Shown here in pieces: positions 26,406-36,800 of a stretch of 64,000 nt of DNA. The stretch is from an archaeon (GTDB taxonomy: Archaea > Nanobdellota > Nanobdellia > Pacearchaeales > GW2011-AR1). Location: assembly GCA_043810775.1 (NCBI GenBank), contig JBDRNU010000025.1, positions 59,153 through 123,152 on the forward strand, read 5' to 3'. A program made the translations under genes and the position numbers. Every line of letters starts with the position of its first letter. The stretch's first letter is position 1. The notes beneath the pieces are model-generated. The model saw only the letters and a list, made by a program, of their open reading frames with translations. It was not told the origin of the DNA and ran no database searches.

Positions 26406-26478
26406 TAGCCCCACCAGGATTCGAACCTGGGTCACAACCTCCAGAGGGTCGTATCTTTGACCACTAGACTATGGGGCT
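26406..26478 (-). tRNA. tRNA-Gln(CTG)
   Basis: AGCCCCA/TGGGGCT acceptor (archaeal A1-U72), CGACC-ct-CTG-ga-GGTTG, GGTTCGAATCC. Confidence 0.95.
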
Positions 26479-26554
26479 TCAAGAGGGATTTTCCTAGATA
26501 TACTAGCATGAAAAAAGTATTTAAATATTAGGTTCTTATAAAATATAGGAAAAG

Positions 26555-26881
26555 ATGGGATTATTATTTTGGCTTGTTGGAATAGGATTAATCTTAGTTA
26601 TATTCATGTTCTTGAAAGCTAAGGATATGAGGCATAAGATATATGCTATTACTATAGTTTTATTGATATTATTTTTTTATATAAGTGCTAGCAAGATTTT
26701 TACAGCAAGTCCGGTTGATGTTAAGAGTTTTGATGGGGTGGTGCAAGGTGGAAAGCTGTATTTTTCTTGGTTAGGGCATGCTTTTTCAATTGCAAAAGAT
26801 ATAACTGGGAAGGTTGTAAGTGCTGATTGGTCAGGCAATTCTACGAAAATTGATGATAAAGATACTAAAAAATCAAAATGA
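26555..26881 (+). CDS. Small membrane protein, hypothetical
   Basis: Two hydrophobic helices. Confidence 0.6.
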   Translation: MGLLFWLVGIGLILVIFMFLKAKDMRHKIYAITIVLLILFFYISASKIFTASPVDVKSFDGVVQGGKLYFSWLGHAFSIAKDITGKVVSADWSGNSTKIDDKDTKKSK

Positions 26882-27087
26882 AAATTATAATGTTTATAGT
26901 AATGTTCTTGATTATAGGAGGATTATTTATTATTTCTGAAAATAGACTGGCTTTAAGGAACCCAGAAAACTTTACTAAGTTTGGAGGCCTTTATTTTGAT
27001 TGGATGGGTGGTGTTTTTAACAATGGAATTGAGGCTACAGGATATGTTGTAAAAATGGATTGGCTACCTGATGAAACTGGCAGTTAA
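26878..27087 (+). CDS. Small membrane protein, hypothetical
   Basis: N-terminal hydrophobic helix; LYFDW..TG.VV..DW motif echoes the upstream gene; ATGA overlap. Confidence 0.6.
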   Translation: MKIIMFIVMFLIIGGLFIISENRLALRNPENFTKFGGLYFDWMGGVFNNGIEATGYVVKMDWLPDETGS

Positions 27088-27140
27088 GTTTTTATATTAA
27101 TTTTCTTGTTTAATTCTGTTAAAATTCAGTAAATTTTAAA

Positions 27141-27214
27141 GCCTCGATAGCTCAGTTGGTTAGAGCGCATGCTTGGTAAGCATGAGGTCCCGAGTTCAAC
27201 TCTCGGTCGAGGCT
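27141..27214 (+). tRNA. tRNA-Thr(GGT)
   Basis: GCCTCGA/TCGAGGC acceptor, CATGC-tt-GGT-aa-GCATG, CCGAG-TTCAACT-CTCGG. Confidence 0.95.
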
Positions 27215-28839
27215 TAAAAAATCTCATCAAGCCCCATTTCAAGAGCTGCAACTGGCATTTTAAGGTGAGAGTTTTTAAGAACTGTTGGGGAGATTTCACC
27301 CATAATTCCAATAGTCTTTCCGTTAAATATTATACTTCCAGTTCTTCCAGTAATAAATGACTGGTTTTCTGTTTCTTGGACTTCAAATTTAGTGTCAAGC
27401 ATATTTCCCAAATAATCTAGAATTCTTTTAATTTCAGTAAAATTTGAAGGAATCAGCGCAATTGAAATCTTATTTTTCTCGATAATTCCTGTTTCTTGCT
27501 TTTGGTCTAGACTGAAAACTTTTCCGATTTCAAATATTTTTTGAGGGTATTCAGCATCAACGTTTTCTGAAAGTACCTTAAGTGCTAGATGAAGCAAGTT
27601 TTGCCTTAGAATATTATAATCTGTTTTTGAACTTTCAACTTCTATAATATCCTGAGCTTTTTGCACCATTTTTTTAAACTGGTCTTCTTTTTTAGTTAGA
27701 TGGTAAGTTGAAATCTCAATAAGTCCAAGTCCAGTAAGTATGTCTGAAATCTTTCTTTTCATTATTTCTTTAGGGTCTTCTTGGCCAATTGTTGCAATTT
27801 CTGGAATTTCTGGCTGGAATTTTTCAAATCCATAACCTATTGCAATATCTTCGTAGATATCTACAGGATGCAAGATATCAACTCTCCATGCAGGTATTTG
27901 CACTATTGAGTTTTTGTAGTCATATCCCATTTTATCAAGACTTTCTTTAACTTTTTTTTCATTAAGTTCTATACCTAATAGTTTTTCAGCATCTTTAATA
28001 TTTATTTTAACTTTTTCAGGAGTAAGGTCTGGAGTTTTTTCTGGTTGTTTGTATTGAAGATTCATCTGGTATATTGAACCACCCATATCTGCCATCATAG
28101 TTACTATTATATTTAGCGTTTTTTTCAAGGAGTCTAGGTTAAATCCTGAGCATTCAATAAACACATCTCTTGTGTTTTCAGTGATTTTTCCTGTATTTTG
28201 CGAGTTTATTATTGGAGGCATGCTTAGTATTTTTCCTGCAGAGTCTACAAATACAGGATACTTGTCATATCCTCTTAAAAGGTGAGCATAATCTCTGCCT
28301 GTAGATGTTTTAGTAAGTATTTGAGGAGCTGTCATTTCTTTGGTTTCTTCTAATGGTATAAATTTAATTTCTTCTGGTTTCATAGCCAGGAATTTAATTG
28401 GAAGTTTAATTTTCTCAAGAGGATATATCCCTATAGCTATTTTTTTCCTATTTCTTCCAAATGTGGTATGTATTTTTTCCTGCACATCGACAATTTCCTT
28501 GATTTTTTCATTATCAAACTTTATTCCTTTCACTATTGCACATGCTGTAAATGGACGTATTTTTTCCAGATTTTTGTCAATAACTACTTCAAAGTCTTTT
28601 TGTGGAGGATTAATCTTATAGTTTCTCAGTCCTTTTTCTTTTCCTAAGAAAGCTTTTAGTGCACGAATATAACCTTGAAATGAGAGTAAATCTGGTCTAT
28701 TTGGGAAAATTTCAAGTTCAATTTCATTATCATTAAGATTTTCCAGGGGAGTGCCTAGGTAAGGTATTTTTTCCTGCACATCGCTAGATAGCTTTATATG
28801 CTTTTCAAATTCTTTTCGTGAAAATTTTACATTTGCGAT
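27214..28839 (-). CDS. pheT: Phenylalanine--tRNA ligase beta subunit (archaeal type)
   Basis: EIFPNRPDLLS, ILSMPPIINS, PAWRVDILHPVDIYEDIAIGYG; frame extends upstream of 28779 to an ATC at 28839. Confidence 0.93.
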   Translation of the reverse strand: MANVKFSRKEFEKHIKLSSDVQEKIPYLGTPLENLNDNEIELEIFPNRPDLLSFQGYIRALKAFLGKEKGLRNYKINPPQKDFEVVIDKNLEKIRPFTACAIVKGIKFDNEKIKEIVDVQEKIHTTFGRNRKKIAIGIYPLEKIKLPIKFLAMKPEEIKFIPLEETKEMTAPQILTKTSTGRDYAHLLRGYDKYPVFVDSAGKILSMPPIINSQNTGKITENTRDVFIECSGFNLDSLKKTLNIIVTMMADMGGSIYQMNLQYKQPEKTPDLTPEKVKINIKDAEKLLGIELNEKKVKESLDKMGYDYKNSIVQIPAWRVDILHPVDIYEDIAIGYGFEKFQPEIPEIATIGQEDPKEIMKRKISDILTGLGLIEISTYHLTKKEDQFKKMVQKAQDIIEVESSKTDYNILRQNLLHLALKVLSENVDAEYPQKIFEIGKVFSLDQKQETGIIEKNKISIALIPSNFTEIKRILDYLGNMLDTKFEVQETENQSFITGRTGSIIFNGKTIGIMGEISPTVLKNSHLKMPVAALEMGLDEIF

Positions 28840-28841
28840 TT

Positions 28842-29198
28842 TTATTTAGTCTCCTCGTTCCAGTCTATTTTTGTTCCTTTTCTTTGAGCATTTTCTAGGG
28901 AGAATCCTTGAGGATAGCGTTTCTTTAGTTTTTGCATATTTTCTTCAAGTATATTGGCAAAGTCCCATCCAAAAAAGTTGCAAATCATAGCTGAATACCA
29001 TAAAGTATCTCCTAAATTTTCTTTTATACCCTCTTCTGCTGCTTTATTTTCATGAGCAAAGGTTTTCTTAATGCAAGAAGCTACGTCTCCAGCTTCTCCC
29101 GCTATTCCAAGACCCCAAGTGGATATTTCTAGATCTTTGTTTTCAAATTTTTTTGCAGTTTCCTTGCAAAATTCCTGATATTCTTTTAAGCTAGTCAT
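28842..29198 (-). CDS. MazG-like all-alpha NTP pyrophosphatase
   Basis: LGIAGEAGDV..KENLGDTLWY..NMQKLKKRYP. Confidence 0.85.
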   Translation of the reverse strand: MTSLKEYQEFCKETAKKFENKDLEISTWGLGIAGEAGDVASCIKKTFAHENKAAEEGIKENLGDTLWYSAMICNFFGWDFANILEENMQKLKKRYPQGFSLENAQRKGTKIDWNEETK

Positions 29199-30718
29199 GT
29201 TTTTATCCAGTGCTTAATTTTTCTTAGCTGATTTATATCATTTTTATAGAGTTCGCGGATGTCCTGGATTTTATAGTAATCCATTAAAGCTCTGTCAAAT
29301 CCAGGCCCCCATGCAAGGACTGGGATGTATTCTCCTAATAAAGGTATAACTACTTCTGGGCGGAATATTCCTGAACCTCCAAGCTCTAACCAGACTTTTT
29401 TTTCAGGATGAAACCAGTTTATTTCTACACTAGGTTCGGTATATGGGAAATAAGCAGGTGTAAATCTTACTTTTTCAAAACCCATTTTTTTAAAGAATTC
29501 CTTTAGGTAGCCTAGCAGGTGGCGCAAATTTGCATTTGGGTCAATTACTATTCCATCTGTTTGATTAAACTCGAAAGCATGGCTCCAGTCAACTGTTTCG
29601 TTTCTAAAGCATTTTCCTATGGAAAAGTATTTTCCTTTTTTGTCTTTAATGTCTCTTAGACTAGCTAGAGTAGCTGCTGATAGGCAGGTAGTGTGGGTTC
29701 TTAAAACTGGTTTTTTAGCTTCATCTTCTTTCCAGGAATATTGCCATCCTTTACTTCCACTGACTCCGGTTTCGTGTGCTTGAGATACTGTTTTTAGTAT
29801 TTTCTTGTCTGGAAGCTTGGTTTTTAGGTCTTTAATATAGAATGTATCATGCATTTCCCTTACAGGATGGTCTTGAGCTGTGAAAAGGGCATCGAAGTTC
29901 CAGAAGCTTGTTTGTACTAAACTGCCAGACATTTCCTTAAATCCCATTTCTGTCCATATTTTTCTTCCATGATCTATTGCCAAGTTTACGAAGTGGCGTT
30001 TTCCACCGTAAATTGTTGGCACTTTGCTTTTAATGTCATATCTTCTAAATTTTTTACCTTTCCACGAGCTTGATTTAATCATTTCAGGTGTTAAAGACTC
30101 AATTAGCTTGTCAGTTTTGCTTAAGTCTATTTTTAGAAGATTTTCGCCAAGAGGGGTTACTTGAAATGTAATTTGTTTTTTATTTTCTATTCTTATTATG
30201 TCTTTTCTGTTTTCTAGTGATTTAAGGGCGTGCTGTTGTTCTGGTTTAAGCTTCTCCAAGTCTATAGGAAGAGCTTCAATTAGCTTTTCTTCCAGGCTTT
30301 TTTTAATGACTTCTTCCATTGATGATGCAAGGAATATGCGCTTTTCTTTCATTTCCACCATCGCTTTCTTTTTTAGAGCACCTAAAGCTGCCTTGAATTC
30401 ATTATCAGATAGTTTTGACTCTTTTTGCGCTGTTTCTAGAGTTAGGTTTTGTTTTTCTCCGATTATATTTAGGAGTTTTCTTTCAGGCAGGCCATTTTTT
30501 AGGTAGAGAACCCCATTAGTTCCTAAGTCTACTACTTTTTTTTCCTGGGTTTTTGTTATTATTATTCCCTTATTTTCAAGAAATTGCAGTGCTCGAAGCG
30601 CCGAAGTTTCATCTAGGCCAGATTTTTCAATTATAACTTTTAGATTACCTTCTTTTAGATAGGGAGTAATCTTTCTTTCAATTGGAGATAGGGATTCTAT
30701 TAGTTCATCTGTGCTCAT
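29195..30718 (-). CDS. pheS: Phenylalanine--tRNA ligase alpha subunit (archaeal type)
   Basis: FWNFDALF..QDHPVREMHDTF, LRTHTT, FRNE, YFPYTEPS, ELGGSGIFRPE. Confidence 0.97.
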   Translation of the reverse strand: MSTDELIESLSPIERKITPYLKEGNLKVIIEKSGLDETSALRALQFLENKGIIITKTQEKKVVDLGTNGVLYLKNGLPERKLLNIIGEKQNLTLETAQKESKLSDNEFKAALGALKKKAMVEMKEKRIFLASSMEEVIKKSLEEKLIEALPIDLEKLKPEQQHALKSLENRKDIIRIENKKQITFQVTPLGENLLKIDLSKTDKLIESLTPEMIKSSSWKGKKFRRYDIKSKVPTIYGGKRHFVNLAIDHGRKIWTEMGFKEMSGSLVQTSFWNFDALFTAQDHPVREMHDTFYIKDLKTKLPDKKILKTVSQAHETGVSGSKGWQYSWKEDEAKKPVLRTHTTCLSAATLASLRDIKDKKGKYFSIGKCFRNETVDWSHAFEFNQTDGIVIDPNANLRHLLGYLKEFFKKMGFEKVRFTPAYFPYTEPSVEINWFHPEKKVWLELGGSGIFRPEVVIPLLGEYIPVLAWGPGFDRALMDYYKIQDIRELYKNDINQLRKIKHWIKT

Positions 30719-30833
30719 TTTTCTTTGCTCTTTATATATGGATGATACTATGTTTTAAAAAGCTTGCTTCCCCCTAGCCCTTGTCAGGAATGGCATATAG
30801 TTAAATTTATATTGTCTTTTTCTGTTTAGTATT

Positions 30834-33800
30834 ATGCAAAAACGAGGGGTTAGTGAAAAGTTAGTTGTAATTGTAATTATTGGAATATGTCTTGTAGCTT
30901 TATACTTCTTAGTTAATAATCCTTATACTGCTCAAGTAATTTCTGGAAATGTTGTGAGTGATGGAGGGAGGAGTGGCGGGGTGGTGGAAAGGGGGATTTC
31001 TGGTTTTAGTATTTTTGAGTGGGTGAGTAGTTTATTTGGCGGCGGGGAGGAGGTGATGTTGCAACCAGCACCAATTTGCGAGGCAACAGGTCCTGGAGAA
31101 TGTTTTTATGTCGCAACAGATGGTTTAGATACAAATGCTGGAACATTTGATTTTCCATTTGGAACTTTGAAAAGAGCAATTCAGGGAATTGGACCAGGAG
31201 ATGTTGTATATTTAAGAGGTGGAGTTTACAATGCTACTCAGAGGATTGATGGATGTGGTGATTCTGGGGGGTGGGGTACTCATAATTGTTTTGCTTATAT
31301 AAATAATAAAGATGGGGCATTTCAAGATTGGATAAAAATTAAGTCTTATCCAGGAGAAAAAGCAATTTTAGATCAGGGAATGTATAATGAAGTCCCTACT
31401 AATCCAAATATACAAATTGATTATTCTTCTTATTTTATTATAGAAGATTTAGAATTGAAAAATGGATATGGTGCAAATTTAATGGATGACAGCAACCATG
31501 ATATGATATATAGGAACTTGGAGGTTCATGGGAAAAGAGGAGGTTATGAATTGTCAGGGGGATTTGTGGTTTCAGGTCCTTTGTATAATTATGTGATTGA
31601 AAATAATCTTATTTATGATAATCTTTGGGGTGCAGGAAATTCTATGTGCTCTATGAATATAGTTGAATTATTGCTTGGCGGAAGTGATATTGAGGGAAGG
31701 GGGGGAAGAAACATTACAGTTAGGAATAATTTAGTTAAAAATGGGTGTACTGGTATAAGAACCAAGCATTCTGACAGCGGTCCTCTTTATATTTATAATA
31801 ATACAATAATAAATATGACTGATAATCATGGGGGGGGATGGGGTATTGGAACTATTGACTGGCATAATGTTTATATTTCTAGAAATTTAATAAAAGATGT
31901 TACATTTGGACTTGGAAAAGCATTTTGGGGCTCCCCAATGTATACTAATCAGAATGTTACATATGAGTATAACACAGTTTATAATTGTGCACAGGCAGGA
32001 TTTGAATTTTATTCTGGAGGCAATGTAACATTAAGAAATAATATCTTTTATGAGTGCACTTCAAATTCGCCTGGACCTTTTTCTTTTTATAGTTACTTTA
32101 ATGACATCCCCACAAATCCAGATGATATTGATACAGACTATAATTGCATTTATCATACAACTTCTATACCTTATTTTGTTGGAGAGGGTTGGAATGCTCA
32201 AGTTTGGGATTATCCTTATGCAAGGGACAATTGGGGCTATGATGCTCATTCTGTAATGTGGCAGAATCCGCAAATACTTTCAACAACTTATGGAAGTCCT
32301 GATTTTTTAAGGCCGGCAAGTGGAAGTCCTTGCATAGATATGGGTTATTATGCAGGAGAGGCTCCTCCAGCACCAATTTGCGAAGCAACTGGAAGTGGGC
32401 AATGTTATTATATTGCAACAGATGGGTTAGATACAAATGCTGGAACATTTGATGAGCCCTTCTTAACCCTTGATCATGCAATAACATTGATTGGACCAGG
32501 AGATGTTGTATATTTAAGAGGAGGAACTTATGATGCAACTCAAAGAATTGGAGATTGTCTTGGAGGAGTTAATAATTGTTTTGCCGCAATTAATAATAAA
32601 CATGGAACTGAAACTGATTGGATAACAATTAAAAGTTATCCAGGAGAGTGGGCTATTTTAGATCAAGGGCATTATTGTTATAATGGGATGGCTATGAATC
32701 CTTGTATGGAGATACATTCTAGCTCATTTATGAAAATTGAGAGTTTTGAATTAAAAAACGGTCATGGGTCTACCTTAGGTGGTGGAGAAAATCATGATAT
32801 GATTTTCAGGGATTTGGAAATTCATGGAACTAGAAGTGTAGCTGGAAGTTTTGGAGAGCCGTGTGTTGCGGATATAAAAAGTGGATTTGTAATGGGTCTT
32901 AATGGTCCAAGCTCAGATAATTATCTTATTGAAAATAATAAGATTTATGATAATATTATGGGTATAGGCGGACCAGCTTGCGCAGTAAATGTTGCAGAAA
33001 TTCATTTAGGAAGTGATGATCAGGTAACAAGTGGGAATAATATTACTATAAGGAATAATTTAATTATGAATGGGTGTGAGGGAATAAGACAGAAACATTC
33101 TGGGGGAGGTCCTGTATATATTTATAATAATACTATAATTAATATGACTTGGGGTTGTGGAATATCTAATATTGGCTTTGATAATACTTATGTTTATAGG
33201 AATTTATTATATAATGTTAGAAGAGGAATGGAAAATGGATTTTTTTCTGGAAGAGGGCATTCCAAAAATAATTTATTTGAGTATAATACTATTTATTGCA
33301 GGCCTGACAGTACTGCAGGTTTTGATTTTTGGTCTGGAGATAATCTTACTGTAAGGAGGAATATTTTTGTTAATTGTAATGGTGGAGCTGAGGATATAAG
33401 ATTTTATACTGTTATGACTGGATATGTACCTGATAATACTTTTGTAAATTTATCTACTGATGAAAATTGCATTTACCATACCACTAATGTAAATGATTAT
33501 GTGTTTAAAGATTATGTTAAATATAATTATATTTATGCAAGAGATAACTGGGGCTATGATGTAAATTCTGTGATGTGGCAGAATCCCCAAATACTTTCTA
33601 CAACTTATGGAAGTCCTGATTTTTTAAGGCCTGCAAGTGGAAGTCCTTGCATAGATATGGGTTATTACGCAGGGGAAGCACCAATTCAAACATGCGATGA
33701 GCAATTAGGAAATACATGCACATCTACTCAGGAATGTGATGGAAGCTGGACAGCTGCAAGTGATACTTCTTATTGTTGTTTAGGAACATGTGTTGATTGT

Positions 33801-36800
33801 ACTGATATTGATGGAGATACTTATAATATTGAAGGAGGGGTTTGTGGTTTGGTTGATTGTAACGATACAAATGAGTATATTAATCCCGGGAGTTCTCAGC
33901 CAAATTGTGATTGTGTTGGAACCCCAGAAGTTAGTGAGGTTGGTTTATGTACAAATACAATAGATGATGATTGTGATGGTTTAACTGATTGTGTAGATGA
34001 TGATTGTTCTATTGATGCAAATTGTGTTTGCACTGATAATGATGGAGATAATTATGGGGTGGGAGGAGGTTGTTTAGGAACTGATTGTGATGATAATAAT
34101 ATAAATGTTTGGGGTTTAGTTAGTTGCAATTATGATGGTGCTTCATGTGGGAATTATAATTTATGTTTAATAGCTTGTCCAACTCCTCCTGCAGAAAATT
34201 GTTCAAATACAATAGATGATGATTGTGATGGTTTGGGTGATGCAAGTGATCCTGACTGTGGGGCATCAACTTTAACAACAGGACTTGAAGCATATTATAG
34301 TTTTGATGTTGATGCAAATGATGATACTGGAAACGGGCACAATGGAGTAGTAACCGGAGCAACCCACTTGATAAGTAGTGGAAAATTAAATGGGGCTTAT
34401 AGTTTTAATGGACCCTCATTAAGTAATTGTATTAATATTGCTGACTTTTATGTTCCTGAGATTACAATTTCAGCTTGGGTGTGGAAAGATTCATCATATA
34501 CTGCAACAGGTTATGCAGGAATTGTTAGTAAATGGGATAATGATTATTTTATGGGAATTACCAATGGAATGTATTCTTTTTGGTTAACACCTGGTGTTAC
34601 AATTGATACATCAATTACTTTTCCAAATGATGTCTGGACACATGTTGTAATGACTAAAAATGCAACTACATTTAGAGTGTACAGAAATGGTGTTGAATTT
34701 GGTGCTCCTTTTCCTGTTTTAAGTTCTGGTTCAATTGTTGATGGCAGTCATATAATTAATATTGGATGTAATGATTATGCATCTAGCTTTTTTGGAGGAG
34801 ATATAGATGAAGTTGGAATTTGGAATAGGGCTTTAGATGCTAGTGAGGTTTCACAATTATATAATGGAGGGGTTGGATTGAATCCTTTAGAAAGTGGGCC
34901 AGAGTGTGTTATTGATAGTCCTGATTGTGATTATTTAGATGGGAATAGTTGTTCTGGAACTGATTTTATGGATGATAATGGAGTTTGTAATGTTGGAGTA
35001 TGTGAAGTTAGTTCAACATTAAATCAAGCTTGTGATGATGGAGCATTTTGTAATGGTGCTGAAACCTGCGATTCTGTTGCAGGATGCTTGGCAGGAAGCA
35101 ATCCTTGTCTTGGCCAGTCTTGTGATGAGATTGGTGATTTTTGTTATTTTCCTTGCACCCTTGACACAGCAACATGGAATCCAACTGGCTTAGTTGATGA
35201 GGGAACTTTGATGACTTTAGAAGTTACTGGAACAAATTGCGATGGAGAGACAATTAACTTTGAAATTTGGGAAGATGATTTAATTAATGGTGAAGATGCG
35301 TCTGATGATCCTGTAATAAATAATCCATTAAGTGTAACTTTTTCAGGAACAACTGCAACAGGAACTTGGACTGCAGAATATCAAGACGATGTTGTTGGAA
35401 ATCCTGAATATTATTTTATTGCAGAAGTTGATTCAAATCCAAGTGAAACAATTACTTCAGCTAGTGATTTACAAGTTCAGGAAATTGTTGCTCCTTATTG
35501 TGGTGATTTAACTTGTAATGGTGATGAAATTTGTGGAGATACAGATAATGCTCCTGAATGCAATACTGATTGTGATGTTTGTGGAACTGAAGAAACCATT
35601 GAAAACCTAACATCAGATAACTTCAAGTTTAGATTATACCACAATACTCCTGGAGAATTTGGAGTAGAAGTTTATAATGGCACTGATTTATTATTTGATA
35701 ATCTTGTTATGGACTTGAGTGTTCCATTTGAGGAGTATTATTCAGATTATTCTGATGATTATATTGTTAAGAAATATAATGGAACTTATTTTCAGTATAA
35801 GTTTAATGTTACAATGAATATTAGTTTAGCTGGAGGAGATAAATTAACTATTTATTCAGATATTCGACAAGAAAATCCCTCTTTAAGTTCAATTGCTTTG
35901 CAGCCAACTTTATTTGATTTTATTATCCAAAGAGATGAAGATATGCCTTATAGATTTTCTCCTATTGATTTTACTGACATGATGGCAATGGGGCCTGTTG
36001 ATTATACTAGTGAGTGGATTGGAAACTGCAGGGAAATATATGCTCCTTCTATAGGAGCTTTTTCAGATAATTTAGGAATTGTTGCAACTCAGATTGCACC
36101 TGATTTTTTAAATTATGAGCAAGATATATGTTTAGGTTATAAGAGAAAGCTAGGAGATAATGATCTTGTAAAAATACATCACAGTTTTTATGATACCTCC
36201 ACTGATAATTTTGGTGTATTAAATTTAAGTTCTGGAATTCCTGAATATTTTGGATATATAATTGAACCTTTTTACTTAAATGAAGTTAGATTAAATCCAA
36301 GAATCCCAGATGCAGATGCAATGAAAGTAATGAGTATTTCTGCTGATCATGTAAAAGAGTATATTTTTACTAGTGAAAGTCAAAATACATATGATATTAA
36401 TGGAAATGTTGTTGGTTATATACAGCCATTTAATAATGATTCTGCAGATAAGTTTGTTGATATAGGGACTGTTGCAACAGAAAGCCAGTTTAGAGATAGT
36501 GTTTTTGAAGATTGTGGTCCTCATCCAGGAGGAATTTCTTGTGTAAGTGAGGATGGAGCAGGGGGATTAAGCCAGAATATGATTGAAAATGTTACAGGGT
36601 TTTCACAAAAAGGAATTGATATTTTTGCTTATGTTAATATAGGTGTTCTAAAGAATAGCTCAACTGAGCTGTTTGAGAAATATAATGGTTGTTTAGCTAA
36701 AAATTCAACAGGTGATTTTTATATAAATTCTTTCTTCCCAACTAGTCACGAAATTGATTATAGAAATTCTACATGTAGGGAGTGGATTAAAAATAAAATG

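Noticed and set aside
27126-27360. ORFs overlapping tRNA-Thr
   Set aside because: Explained by the tRNA and the pheT antisense strand
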